DNA of 64,000 nucleotides from a bacterium (GTDB lineage: Bacteria; Bacillota_I; Bacilli_A; RFN20; CAG-826), in assembly GCA_963605025.1 (NCBI GenBank), contig CAVCSZ010000001.1:18387-82386 (forward strand), in the 5' to 3' direction. Below, piece by piece: positions 22,988 to 32,764 of the stretch. The position numbers and the translations under genes were made by a program. Each line of letters opens with the position of its first letter. The first letter of the stretch is position 1. The notes under the pieces are model-generated. The model was not told the origin of the DNA and ran no database searches. It worked only from the letters and a program-made list of their open reading frames with translations.

Positions 22988-23668
22988 CTAAAGAGCAAAA
23001 TCAATTTTAATTGATGGACCCATAGTTGTTGATAAATGACATGATAATACATAATCACCTTTAACAGTTTGTGGTCTTACTTTTAAAATTTGTTTTACAA
23101 TTGTAGTAACGTTTTCTTCGAGCTTTTTAGCATCAAAAGAAACTTTTCCAACGCCTAAATTGACGTTTCCATCTTTATCAGCACGGTATTCAACTTTACC
23201 TGCTTTTAATTCGCTAACCATTTTAGCAATATCTGGTCCAACTGTACCAGTTTTTGGGTTTGGCATTAATCCTTTAGGACCTAATACTCTACCAATTTTA
23301 CCAATTTCAACCATCATATCTGGTGTAGCACACATAACATCGAAGTCGAACCATTTTTCACTAGTAATTTTTTCTAATAATTCTTTACCACCAGCAAAAT
23401 CAGCACCTGCAGCTTTAGCAACTTCTGGTTTATTAGTAATTGCTAAGACTCTAACTTCTTTACCTGTACCATTTGGTAATACTACTGTACCTCTAATTTG
23501 TTGATCAGCAGCTTTAGTATTAATATTTAAATGGAAATTAATACCAACTGTTGAATCGAATTTAGTTGTACTAGTTTTTTTAATTAATTCACAAGCTTCA
23601 CTAATTGAGTAAACTTTATTTTGATCAATTAATTTTAAAGCTTCGTTATATTTTTTTCCGAATTTCAT
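22988..23668 (-). CDS. rplA: 50S ribosomal protein L1
   Basis: 226 aa, typical L1. Confidence 0.97.
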   Translation of the reverse strand: MKFGKKYNEALKLIDQNKVYSISEACELIKKTSTTKFDSTVGINFHLNINTKAADQQIRGTVVLPNGTGKEVRVLAITNKPEVAKAAGADFAGGKELLEKITSEKWFDFDVMCATPDMMVEIGKIGRVLGPKGLMPNPKTGTVGPDIAKMVSELKAGKVEYRADKDGNVNLGVGKVSFDAKKLEENVTTIVKQILKVRPQTVKGDYVLSCHLSTTMGPSIKIDFAL

Positions 23669-23686
23669 TTTTGTACTCCTTTAAAA

Positions 23687-24100
23687 TTAATCAACAACTT
23701 TAATGCCCATATTACGAGCACTACCTTCAACAATCTTCATTGCTGCTTCAATATCGTTTGCGTTTAAATCAGGCATTTTATATTCAGCAATTTTTCTGAT
23801 TTGTTCTTTAGTAACTTGTCCAACAATAGTTGTTTTTGCATTAGCACTTCCTTTGCTAATACCTGCAGCTTTAAATAATAATCCGCTGACTGGGGAAGTT
23901 TTAATTTCCATTGAGAATGTTTTGTCTTCGTAAGCTGTAATGATGACAGGAACAATTTCTCCTCTTCTATCAGCTGTTTTTGCGTTAAATTCAGTACAGA
24001 ATTTAGGCATAACTACACCAGCACTTGCTAATTTTGGTCCTGGTTTAGCGTCGCCACCTGGAAGTTCCATTTTAACGACTTTAGCGATTTTTTTAGCCAT
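23687..24100 (-). CDS. rplK: 50S ribosomal protein L11
   Basis: 137 aa; [10 protein letters not shown]... typical L11. Confidence 0.97.
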   Translation of the reverse strand: MAKKIAKVVKMELPGGDAKPGPKLASAGVVMPKFCTEFNAKTADRRGEIVPVIITAYEDKTFSMEIKTSPVSGLLFKAAGISKGSANAKTTIVGQVTKEQIRKIAEYKMPDLNANDIEAAMKIVEGSARNMGIKVVD

Positions 24101-24210
24101 TTTTGTTCTCCTTTAAAAATAACTTTGTAGTAAGAAGTATCGCTCTTCTCCTACCAAACTTTTTTATATTTACTCATAAAAAAGCGTACATATGAAAATA
24201 TGTCTTAAAT

Positions 24211-24239
24211 ATTATATTCTAATAAAAAAAGATAGTCAA
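24211..24239 (-). promoter_or_regulatory. Putative promoter of rplK-rplA
   Basis: Minus strand reads TTGACT (24239-24234), 17-nt spacer, TATAAT (24216-24211). The -35 lies inside the nusG terminator hairpin. Confidence 0.5.
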
Positions 24240-24258
24240 ATATTTTTAACTATCTTTT
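24221..24258 (-). terminator. Rho-independent terminator after nusG
   Basis: Minus strand reads AAAGATAGT-12 nt loop-ACTATCTTT followed by a T-rich run (TTTTTTTATT). Confidence 0.65.
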
Positions 24259-24263
24259 TATTT

Positions 24264-24863
24264 TTAAATTCTTGAAATTTCACTAAAGTCAACTTCCATT
24301 GAAGTATATTTACCAAAGAATATAGCTTCAATAACAACTTTTCCAGTTTCTTTATCAATTGATTTAATTGTGCCTTCAGTATCTGTGAAAGTACCATGAA
24401 TAACTTTAACTTGATCGCCAACATTATATTTATCATAAATATTACTATCAGCCATTCCCATTCTTTTAAGAATTTCTTCCATTTCACTAGCACTTACAGG
24501 AACTGGTTTTTGACCTCCACCAGCAGATCCAATAATACCTGTAACACCCATTGTGTTTCTAACTTGATACCAAGTATCATCTGTCATAATCATTTCAACA
24601 AAAATATATCCACTATATAAGTTATGAATTTTAAATTTTTGTTCTGATTCACCAGTAACCTTATTTTTTTTCATTAAAGGGTTACCATGATCATCGTATA
24701 AAAGTTCTTTTTCTTCAGCTACAATAATTCTAAAAATTTTATCATGTAAATTTAAATTATCTACACTGTTTCTTAAATTTTGAGCAACTTTTTGTTCTTG
24801 TCCAGCATATGTAGTAGCAATATACCATTGTTTTTCATTAATATTAAATTCTTTATTATCCAT
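24264..24863 (-). CDS. nusG: Transcription termination/antitermination factor NusG
   Basis: NGN domain WYIATTYAGQE and a KOW domain; 199 aa; follows secE. Confidence 0.95.
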   Translation of the reverse strand: MDNKEFNINEKQWYIATTYAGQEQKVAQNLRNSVDNLNLHDKIFRIIVAEEKELLYDDHGNPLMKKNKVTGESEQKFKIHNLYSGYIFVEMIMTDDTWYQVRNTMGVTGIIGSAGGGQKPVPVSASEMEEILKRMGMADSNIYDKYNVGDQVKVIHGTFTDTEGTIKSIDKETGKVVIEAIFFGKYTSMEVDFSEISRI

Positions 24864-24866
24864 ATC

Positions 24867-25070
24867 TTATCCCCTTAATGATTCAAATGCGTCACGAAGT
24901 TGTTGAATTAATGTAGAAGCTGCTAAATCTTCTATTGATAAGAAAATTCCAGCAAAAACAGTAATTATTATAACAACAACAATAGCAGGAACAAGTTGCT
25001 CTTTCTTTGGCCACTTGATACGTTTAATTTCGCTTCCAACACCTTTAAAATATCCTAAAATCTTTCTCAT
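24867..25070 (-). CDS. secE: Preprotein translocase subunit SecE
   Basis: 67 aa with a single TM helix; KRIKWPKKEQL motif; position between rpmG and nusG. Confidence 0.9.
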   Translation of the reverse strand: MRKILGYFKGVGSEIKRIKWPKKEQLVPAIVVVIIITVFAGIFLSIEDLAASTLIQQLRDAFESLRG

Positions 25071-25075
25071 AAACT

Positions 25076-25225
25076 TTACCTACTCTCTTTATGAATTGTA
25101 TATTTTCCACATTTAGGACAATATTTTCTCAATTCTAATCGAGTTGTTCTATCTTCCTCTTTTTTTGTAGTAGTGTAATTTCTAGAAAGACATTCTTCAC
25201 ATATTAAAATAACTTTCTTTCTCAT
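25076..25225 (-). CDS. rpmG: 50S ribosomal protein L33
   Basis: Not in the ORF track (49 aa). Own translation: MRKKVILICEECLSRNYTTTKKEEDRTTRLELRKYCPKCGKYTIHKESR. It has two CxxC pairs and sits in the canonical sigH-rpmG-secE position. Confidence 0.92.
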   Translation of the reverse strand: MRKKVILICEECLSRNYTTTKKEEDRTTRLELRKYCPKCGKYTIHKESR

Positions 25226-25253
25226 ATATTATATTTATTTACACCTCTTAAAA

Positions 25254-25282
25254 ATTATAAAAGTAAAGTTAATAAAAATCAA
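25254..25282 (-). promoter_or_regulatory. Putative promoter of rpmG-secE-nusG
   Basis: Minus strand reads TTGATT (25282-25277), 17 nt, TATAAT (25259-25254), followed by AAGAGGTG as RBS. Confidence 0.45.
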
Positions 25283-25313
25283 TTATTTTTCAGTATGTTT
25301 ATTAAAATTAACG

Positions 25314-25913
25314 CTATTCAAATAATTCTGGTATTTTTATCATTAAGAAATTTTTACTTTTTTCTATCAAAGATTCAAAACTTCTAAAACATACTGAATA
25401 TGCTAATTTTAAAAATTTTGAAATTTCTCTAATGTTATAACCATTAACATATAAAGATAAAATTTCTCTTTCTCTATTTGTAAGTTCACTTTCTTCGCTT
25501 TCTAATATAAAACTTACAATTTCATCATTCATATTATCAAAACAATTAGAAGTGATAGAAAATTGAATAGAATCTTCAATATTTAAATTATCATTTACAT
25601 CAATTGAATCACGATTAATTCTATGTTTTGTTCTATTCAATTTTCTAATTTCATCTTTAATAATTTGAATATAAAGATATTTAAAATAATTATCGTAATT
25701 ATAAACTTCTTTTACTTTTAAATTTTTTAAAAATAAATCAAAAGTTTTAAAACATAAATCTCTAATTTCATCATCATTTAATAAATAATCAAATTTAAGT
25801 GTATTTGAATATTTAAATGTAATTGGTAAACATAAAGCTTCAAAATGCTTAAATAATTCAACTTCATTACCATTTTTCATTATCTTTTCTACTTCTGATT
25901 TTTTCCTTTTCAT
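25314..25913 (-). CDS. Sigma-70 family sigma factor, SigH-like by position
   Basis: Region 4 HTH (REREILSLYVNGYNIREISKFLKLAYS). Located upstream of rpmG-secE-nusG like B. subtilis sigH. Otherwise strongly diverged. Confidence 0.6.
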   Translation of the reverse strand: MKRKKSEVEKIMKNGNEVELFKHFEALCLPITFKYSNTLKFDYLLNDDEIRDLCFKTFDLFLKNLKVKEVYNYDNYFKYLYIQIIKDEIRKLNRTKHRINRDSIDVNDNLNIEDSIQFSITSNCFDNMNDEIVSFILESEESELTNREREILSLYVNGYNIREISKFLKLAYSVCFRSFESLIEKSKNFLMIKIPELFE

Positions 25914-25923
25914 AAACTCTCCT

Positions 25924-26619
25924 TTATCTTCTTATTTCATAAAGGACTATTGAACACGCTACTGATGCATTTAAGCAATTTACATGTCCGAATTGTGGAA
26001 TTTTTAATAATACATCACAATTTTCTTTTACAAGTCTAGATATTCCAAAACCTTCACTACCTACAACAATAACAAGTTTTCTATCTCTATAAATATCTTT
26101 TATTTCTTCTTTTGCTGTACCATCTAAACCAATTACCCAATAACCATTGTCTTTTAAATCGTTAATAGTTCTAGTTAGATTAGTTACTTCAACACATTTA
26201 ACATAATTTATAGCGCCTGTTGAAATTTTAGCAACTAATGGAGATAAAGAAACAGAGTTATTTTTTTTATAAATTATAGCGTCTACCTTAAATATATCAG
26301 CACTTCTTAGAATAGCACCTAAGTTATGAGGATCGCTTAATTCATCTAGCATAACAATAACTGAATCTTTCTTGTTATTCATTACTTCTTTTAATGAATA
26401 TGTTTTGTAATCTTCGACTTCTGCAATAATTCCTTGATGTATGCCATTTTTAGAAATTTGATCCATTTTTTCTTTTGATAAATATTCAATTGGAACATTT
26501 TTCTTTTTAGCTTCATTTATCAAAGAATTATTTTTAAATCCTTTAATTACAAGAAGTTTAGACACAGTTTGATTTTTCAAAGAATCTTTAACTGTGTTTA
26601 TACCATAGATTTTAGACAT
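25924..26619 (-). CDS. rlmB: 23S rRNA (guanosine-2'-O)-methyltransferase RlmB/YacO (SpoU/TrmH family)
   Basis: Trimmed to MSKIYGINTV (ATG at 26619, GGAGA 7 nt upstream). SpoU motifs LDELSDPHNLGAILRSA, VVGSEGFGIS, LNASVA. Confidence 0.85.
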   Translation of the reverse strand: MSKIYGINTVKDSLKNQTVSKLLVIKGFKNNSLINEAKKKNVPIEYLSKEKMDQISKNGIHQGIIAEVEDYKTYSLKEVMNNKKDSVIVMLDELSDPHNLGAILRSADIFKVDAIIYKKNNSVSLSPLVAKISTGAINYVKCVEVTNLTRTINDLKDNGYWVIGLDGTAKEEIKDIYRDRKLVIVVGSEGFGISRLVKENCDVLLKIPQFGHVNCLNASVACSIVLYEIRR

Positions 26620-26733
26620 AATATTTCTCCATTTAAATATAGTTGATATTAAAAGTAGTTCAATAACCACTATTTAAAATTTAATAAATTTATTATTTAT
26701 TAAATTATTTTTTACCCCTTAAAAAAATTATTT

Positions 26734-27495
26734 TTAATGTAAAATTTTTGATTCAATAGGTTCAATTACTTCGTTAATTTTTTCAAGTGTTCCTAAAGCA
26801 AAACCTTTACGATTTGATTTTAATTTTAAAGTTAATCTTAAATAATTTTTACCATTAGATTTAACTAAGCTTGTATCTACATCAACTAATTCAACATTTA
26901 ATTCATTACAAATTTCATTAATTTTTTTAATTGGTTGTTTATCAATTTCAGTAACTACAAGCATAAAACAACTTTTTCCATTAGTTGAAATTTTAACTTT
27001 TTGGAATGTATTTAATGAAATCATACAAATTATTAACGCTAAAGTTGCAAGTGTAAAACAACCAGCACCACAACACATACCAATTGCCATTGTTACCCAA
27101 ATACTTGCAGCAGTTGTTAATCCTTTAACGGAAAAACCATTTTGAATAATACTTCCAGCACCTAAAAAACCAATACCAGTAACACCTGCAGCAGCAAGTC
27201 TCATTTGATCACTACTATCAGCGCCATATAATGATAAAACCATTAATAAACTTGATCCTAATGAGATTAAAATATGTGTTCTAAAACCAGCTGGATGTCC
27301 ATTTCTTTCTCTTTGAGCACCAATAAATGAAGAGTATAAAACAGAAATTAAAATAGATAAAATTATAAGTAATGTGTATCCAACATAATTAGGAATAGCA
27401 CCATTAAAACCAGACTTAAAAAATTTAACAATTATGTCATCAAAGCCACGAGCTTCTAAAATATTAAAAGTTGAATCATAAATATTTAAATTCAT
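26734..27495 (-). CDS. MgtC/SapB family membrane protein with C-terminal soluble domain
   Basis: GAQRERNGHPAGFRTHILISLGSSL signature, about 4-5 TM segments, C-terminal ACT-like region. Confidence 0.8.
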   Translation of the reverse strand: MNLNIYDSTFNILEARGFDDIIVKFFKSGFNGAIPNYVGYTLLIILSILISVLYSSFIGAQRERNGHPAGFRTHILISLGSSLLMVLSLYGADSSDQMRLAAAGVTGIGFLGAGSIIQNGFSVKGLTTAASIWVTMAIGMCCGAGCFTLATLALIICMISLNTFQKVKISTNGKSCFMLVVTEIDKQPIKKINEICNELNVELVDVDTSLVKSNGKNYLRLTLKLKSNRKGFALGTLEKINEVIEPIESKILH

Positions 27496-27496
27496 A

Positions 27497-28828
27497 TTAT
27501 ATAACTCCTTTTTCTATTAATTTTTTTCTAATTTCATCAGATTTTTCAAAATCTTTATCAATCTTTGATTGATTATATTCATTCAATAATTTCATTTCTT
27601 CATCACTAAATTTTTTAGGTTCATAATGTAAACCTAATACATAAGCAATATCAGTAAAGGCATAGAAATTATTTTTAATTAAATCAATATTTTTATCTTT
27701 CTTTCTTATTTCAGCATTGCTTTCTTTTATTAAATCTAATAAGTAAGTAATTCCATTAGGAATATTCATATCATCTGATAAGAATTCATAAAATTTATCA
27801 ATTTTATTTGATTCACCTTTTAATTCTATATTTAATTCATTTAATAATAAATTACTTTGCTTATATACTGCACTTAATTTATTTAATATAGCTTTAGTAT
27901 TTTTTAATGTTTCGTCATTAAAATTAATTATTGATCTATATGAAGCATTTAATAATAATAAACGAGTTTCATCTGCTCCAAATTCTTCAATAGCGTCTTT
28001 AGCTAATATAACATTTCCTAATGATTTTGACATTTTATTTCCATCAATATTCATCATTGCATTATGTATCCAATAATTTGCTAAATGATTATGATCATGA
28101 CATTCAACTTGAGCAATTTCATTCTCATGATGTGGAAATTTTAAATCACTTCCTCCTCCATGAATATCAATCATTCCTTTAAAAATAGAATTAATCATAA
28201 CACAACATTCTGTGTGCCATCCTGGTCTTCCTTCTCCCCATGGAGAATTCCATTTAATTCCTTCTTTAGTGTCTTTCCAAAGTAAAAAATCTAATGGATT
28301 TTTCTTTTTAGAATTTTCTGCAATTCTTGCACCACTGATTAAATCGTCAATATTTATTTTAGATAATTCGCCGTATTTTGAATCTTTATCAACATTAAAA
28401 AATACTTCTCCATCATTAACATATGCAGAGCCATTATCTACTAAATCTTGGATAAAATTAATAATTTTATCCATATATTCTGTTACACGAGGATTTTCAT
28501 TAGCTTTTTTAACATTAAATTTATCTAAAGTATCAAGATAAGATTGAATATAAAAATTTGTTAATTCTTTTTCAGTAACACCTTCTTCTTTTGCTTTTTT
28601 AATAATTTTATCATCAACATCAGTAAAATTAGATACATAAGTAACTTTATATCCAATTTTTTCTAAATATTTTCTTAATGTATCAAAAAAAACTACAGGT
28701 CTAATATTACCAATATGTGGATAATTGTAAACTGTAGGTCCACAAACATACATTGAAACTTCATTCTCTTTTATTGTTTTAAAATCTTCTATCTTATTAG
28801 TTAATGAATTATATAATCTTACTTTCAT
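27497..28828 (-). CDS. cysS: Cysteine--tRNA ligase
   Basis: HIGN and KMSKSLGN class I motifs; WHTEC zinc site; 443 aa. Confidence 0.97.
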   Translation of the reverse strand: MKVRLYNSLTNKIEDFKTIKENEVSMYVCGPTVYNYPHIGNIRPVVFFDTLRKYLEKIGYKVTYVSNFTDVDDKIIKKAKEEGVTEKELTNFYIQSYLDTLDKFNVKKANENPRVTEYMDKIINFIQDLVDNGSAYVNDGEVFFNVDKDSKYGELSKINIDDLISGARIAENSKKKNPLDFLLWKDTKEGIKWNSPWGEGRPGWHTECCVMINSIFKGMIDIHGGGSDLKFPHHENEIAQVECHDHNHLANYWIHNAMMNIDGNKMSKSLGNVILAKDAIEEFGADETRLLLLNASYRSIINFNDETLKNTKAILNKLSAVYKQSNLLLNELNIELKGESNKIDKFYEFLSDDMNIPNGITYLLDLIKESNAEIRKKDKNIDLIKNNFYAFTDIAYVLGLHYEPKKFSDEEMKLLNEYNQSKIDKDFEKSDEIRKKLIEKGVI

Positions 28829-28937
28829 ATTATCACCTTTTAGTAATAAAATTATAGCAATTAAATGTACATATTTCTACTTTATAGTAGAAAATAAACA
28901 TTGTATTTGATAAAATTTTTTTCACTGAGGTTATTTT

Positions 28938-29786
28938 ATGAAAATGTTAAACCAAAAATATCTTATAGCGTTAGATTTAGATGGAACACTATTAAATGAT
29001 AAAAAAGAAATTTCTTTTTTAACAAAAAAATATTTACAAAGATTAAATAAATCAGGTGTAAATATTGTTCTTTGTAGTGGAAGAGCACCTAGAACAATGA
29101 TGAAATATTATAAAGAATTAAAATTAAATTCACCTATGATTTCATATAATGGAGCATTAACATTTAATCCTAAAGATTCAAATTTTAATAAAATTGAATA
29201 TAAATTCGATCATAATAAATTAAAAGATGTATATTCTGTACTAAATGATTATGTAGAATTAACAATGTGTGAAACAAAAGACACAATTTATACAGATAAA
29301 GAAGATGAATTTTTATTTACATTCTTTCAAAGAAATAATATGAACGTAATCGATAATATTGATACATTAAATGAAGATACATTTACTTATGTAATTAAAC
29401 TTAAAGAAGAAAATGATAATATTGAAGCAAGAAATAAAATTCAAAATCTTGTTGCTCAACATACAAAAAACTATAACTTAAGATATTGGCATACTTCTAA
29501 TTATGGTGAATTTAGTATAAATAACATCAATAAAGCTGAAGCAGTTAAAAATTTAGCAAAACAATTAAATATTGATGAAAAAAATGTATTTGTTTTTGGA
29601 GATGCAGGAAACGATCTTGAATTACTTTCTTCATTTGAAAATTCATTTTTAATGAAAAATGGTATCGATGAATTAAAAGATAAAGTTAATAATATTACCC
29701 AAAAAGATAATAATCATAATGGTATTTATTATGAACTTAAACCTAGATTAAAAAAGAATAAAAAGTTTTCACGTGAAAACTTTTAA
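28938..29786 (+). CDS. Cof-type HAD-IIB phosphatase
   Basis: LIALDLDGTLL, SGR, GDAGNDLELL motifs. Confidence 0.8.
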   Translation: MKMLNQKYLIALDLDGTLLNDKKEISFLTKKYLQRLNKSGVNIVLCSGRAPRTMMKYYKELKLNSPMISYNGALTFNPKDSNFNKIEYKFDHNKLKDVYSVLNDYVELTMCETKDTIYTDKEDEFLFTFFQRNNMNVIDNIDTLNEDTFTYVIKLKEENDNIEARNKIQNLVAQHTKNYNLRYWHTSNYGEFSINNINKAEAVKNLAKQLNIDEKNVFVFGDAGNDLELLSSFENSFLMKNGIDELKDKVNNITQKDNNHNGIYYELKPRLKKNKKFSRENF

Positions 29787-29789
29787 CTA

Positions 29790-29822
29790 AAAATATCACA
29801 GAATTTTCTGTGATATTTTATT
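29790..29822. terminator. Bidirectional terminator (Cof gene / pgm)
   Basis: AAAATATCACAGAA-tt-TTCTGTGATATTTT with flanking A and T runs. Confidence 0.75.
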
Positions 29823-31534
29823 TAAATTTTTAAGATTTTTTTAAGTTCTTCAAAATAAGTTTTTCCTTTATTTATGCACTTATCTTCATCAATTTTTTCT
29901 TCTGTGACTTCGATATAAAATTTACATTTTGGTTCAGTACCACTTGGTCTTATAGAAATATTTGATCCATCTTCAAAAAAGAACTTAACTAAATCTCCAT
30001 ATGGTAAATTTTCAATTTTTTCTTCTTTATTATCTTTTAAATAAATTCTTTTTAATTTGAAATAATTTTCAATAATTGTAACTTTATTACCTAAAATTTC
30101 TTTAAAAGGATTGTTTTCAAGACTATTCATAATTTCATTCATTTTATTTTGACCTTCACTTCCTTCAAAATAAATACTGAACAATTGAGATTTATAATAT
30201 TTTTTTAATTTAGAACATAAATTATTATAAGCAGTTTTTAAATCTATTCCTAATTTATGATAATATAAAGCCATTTCGCTATATAAAAGAATTGCTTGAG
30301 TGCCATCTTTATCTCTTACTTCATCTGATATTAAACATCCATAACTTTCTTCATATCCAAAAAGAAATTTATAACCATTTTGAATATTTTTATAATGTTC
30401 AATTTGATTTCCAATGTATTTAAAACCAGTTAAGAATGATTCAAGTCTTACATTATAATAATCACAAATTGCTTTTCCTATCATTGAAGAAACTACTGTA
30501 TTATAAACAACATATTTTGATAAATCTAAATCAGTTCTATTCATTAAGATATAATCTAATAATAAAGCAGCACTTTCATTACCAGTCATTAAATTAAAAT
30601 TATTATTTTTGTCTTTAGACGCTAAACCAACTCTATCTCCATCAGGATCTGTCATTACAATTAATTCTGCATTTTCTTTTTTAGCAACTTCAATTGGTAT
30701 AATAAATGCTCTAGGATCTTCTGGATTAGGACTTGCAAGTCCTGTAAATTCAGGATCTGGATTAGATAATTCTTTTATATCAATAATATCATATCCTAAA
30801 TCTTTAAATACTCTCATTGCATTAACGTAACTTGTTCCATGATTAGGAGAAAAAACAATTTTAAAATCTTTTTTATCAAGATTTTTATTAATTTCTAATG
30901 CTTCAACCATTTTACAATATGGTCCATCAACATCTTCTCCTACTAAAATTGTTTTCCCTTTTTTTAAACCTTTAGGTACTTCAATTTCTAATGGATCTCC
31001 TAATTTATTTATAATTTCAATGACTTCTTTAATTTTATTTGGAACAAGTTGACATCCACATTCATCATATATTTTATATCCATTATGTTCTTTAGGATTA
31101 TGAGATGCTGTAATCATAACACCACCTTGGCATTTTTTATATCTTACAGTAAATGATAATTCTGGAGTAGATCTTAAAGAATCAAAAATATATGTATTAA
31201 TTCCCATTTCATTTAAAATTTCACTAGTAGATAAAGTAAATTCTCTTGACATATATCTATTATCATGAGAAATTGCAACATAAATGTCATCTTTATAATG
31301 GTTCTTTAAGTATAATCCAAAACCAATTGTAGCTCTTCTAACAGTAAAAAGATTCATTCTATTTGTACCAGGACCTAATATTCCTCTTATTCCTGCAGTA
31401 CCAAAAGCAATTTCTTTAAAGAAAGAATCATCAATATCTTTTTCAGACATAGTTTTTAATAATTCTTTATCTTCTTTAGAAACAACATTTGAATTTAACC
31501 ATTTTTCATAATTTTTTTTAACAACTTCGTTCAT
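29822..31534 (-). CDS. Phosphoglucomutase/phosphomannomutase (PgcA-type alpha-D-phosphohexomutase)
   Basis: ITASHNP phosphoserine loop and TDPDGDRVG metal loop; 570 aa. Confidence 0.9.
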   Translation of the reverse strand: MNEVVKKNYEKWLNSNVVSKEDKELLKTMSEKDIDDSFFKEIAFGTAGIRGILGPGTNRMNLFTVRRATIGFGLYLKNHYKDDIYVAISHDNRYMSREFTLSTSEILNEMGINTYIFDSLRSTPELSFTVRYKKCQGGVMITASHNPKEHNGYKIYDECGCQLVPNKIKEVIEIINKLGDPLEIEVPKGLKKGKTILVGEDVDGPYCKMVEALEINKNLDKKDFKIVFSPNHGTSYVNAMRVFKDLGYDIIDIKELSNPDPEFTGLASPNPEDPRAFIIPIEVAKKENAELIVMTDPDGDRVGLASKDKNNNFNLMTGNESAALLLDYILMNRTDLDLSKYVVYNTVVSSMIGKAICDYYNVRLESFLTGFKYIGNQIEHYKNIQNGYKFLFGYEESYGCLISDEVRDKDGTQAILLYSEMALYYHKLGIDLKTAYNNLCSKLKKYYKSQLFSIYFEGSEGQNKMNEIMNSLENNPFKEILGNKVTIIENYFKLKRIYLKDNKEEKIENLPYGDLVKFFFEDGSNISIRPSGTEPKCKFYIEVTEEKIDEDKCINKGKTYFEELKKILKI

Positions 31535-31547
31535 CTAAAAGCCCCCT

Positions 31548-32525
31548 TTAAATTTTATAATTTAATTTTAGATTATCTAAAATTTTAATTTCATCTTTTG
31601 GTAATTTTGCAACAAATTTTTTATTAGAAAGATATTCTAAATGATCTTTCATATTTTTAAATTCTATTGAATAAGCGTGTAAAAATTGCTTTTTATACTT
31701 AAATTTATTTTCAAATTCTTTATTCTTTTTAAAATCACCATATTTATCATCACACACAATAGGATAACCTTTATATGATAAATGTACTCTTATTTGATGA
31801 GTTCTTCCAGTAATTAAATTTACATCTAATAAAGAATATTCATTATTACCATCAATTTTATCAAAAATCGTTAAAGCACTTTTAGATTCTTTATTATTAA
31901 AATCTACTTTAACTATATTTTTATTAGAATCTTTAAATAATGGAGCGTTAATTTCTAAATGATCTGGAGTTTTATTAAAAACAAGTGCTATGTAATGTTT
32001 TTCTAAATTTTTCTTATCTTTAAATTCATTCATTAAAAGTTGACTAGTTAACATATTTTTTGCAAATATACATATGCCACTTGTATTTCTATCTAATCTA
32101 TGAACTGGTGAAGGAACGAATGTATCAACTTTTGGATTATATTCTTTATTTTTATATAAATATGAAATAACTTTATTAGATAAAGTAAATGTATTTTCGT
32201 TTTTATCACCATGAATTAAAATACCTTTTTCTTTATTAACTATTAAAATATTTTCATCCTCATAAATAATATCTAAATTTGAATCGATATTTATTACATT
32301 TTTGTTATTAGAACTTTCTTCAAATATTTCATCAGATAAATAAATTTTTAAAATATCATTTTCTTTTAAAATATATTCTTGTTTTACCCATTTATCATTT
32401 ATTTTAATGTCTTTTTTTCTAAAAGTTTTGTAAATTAAAGACAAAGAAACATTAGGTAATAATTTCTTTATAAATTTGTCTACACGTTGATTAGAATCAA
32501 ATTTACTAATCTTAAACTCTTTCAT
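31548..32525 (-). CDS. RluA-family 23S rRNA pseudouridine synthase (RluD-like, N-terminal S4 domain)
   Basis: HRLDRNTSG catalytic motif and GRTHQIRVH. Confidence 0.85.
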   Translation of the reverse strand: MKEFKISKFDSNQRVDKFIKKLLPNVSLSLIYKTFRKKDIKINDKWVKQEYILKENDILKIYLSDEIFEESSNNKNVINIDSNLDIIYEDENILIVNKEKGILIHGDKNENTFTLSNKVISYLYKNKEYNPKVDTFVPSPVHRLDRNTSGICIFAKNMLTSQLLMNEFKDKKNLEKHYIALVFNKTPDHLEINAPLFKDSNKNIVKVDFNNKESKSALTIFDKIDGNNEYSLLDVNLITGRTHQIRVHLSYKGYPIVCDDKYGDFKKNKEFENKFKYKKQFLHAYSIEFKNMKDHLEYLSNKKFVAKLPKDEIKILDNLKLNYKI

Positions 32526-32532
32526 ATTTTAA

Positions 32533-32561
32533 ATGACATCCAATTTCAATTATGCTATAAT
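32533..32561 (+). promoter_or_regulatory. Putative promoter of tRNA-Ser
   Basis: ATGACA (32533-32538), 17-nt spacer ending in TGc, TATAAT (32556-32561). The tRNA starts at 32571. Confidence 0.5.
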
Positions 32562-32570
32562 ACTTCAGCT

Positions 32571-32659
32571 GGAGAAATACCCAAGAGGCTGAAGGGGCGG
32601 GCTTGGAAAGCTCGTAGGCTGTAACAGGCGCAGGGGTTCAAATCCCCTTTTCTCCGCCA
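32571..32659 (+). tRNA. tRNA-Ser (anticodon GGA), long variable arm, encoded CCA
   Basis: Acceptor GGAGAAA/TTTCTCC-G-CCA, anticodon loop TTGGAAA, T-loop GGTTCAAATCC. Confidence 0.9.
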
Positions 32660-32694
32660 ATATTATAACATTATTAATAAAAATATTTAAGTTT

Positions 32695-32725
32695 AACGAT
32701 TAAGATTTTCTTAATCGTTTTTTAT
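32695..32725 (+). terminator. Terminator after tRNA-Ser
   Basis: AACGATTAAG-atttt-CTTAATCGTT followed by TTTTAT. Confidence 0.8.
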
Positions 32726-32737
32726 TTTAATCAAAGT

Positions 32738-32764
32738 AATAAAAAAGCATTCTTTCGAATGCTT
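32738..32764 (-). terminator. Terminator ending the hpf-...-membrane protein operon
   Basis: Minus strand reads AAGCATTC-gaaa-GAATGCTT followed by a T6 run. It overlaps the stop codon. Confidence 0.7.

Noticed and set aside
28829-28937. Possible T-box leader upstream of cysS (and of gltX).
   Set aside because: The cysS upstream spacer is only about 110 nt of AT-rich sequence with no specifier/T-box motif (no AGGGUGGNACCGCG-like element). gltX is directly preceded by, and overlaps, ispF.
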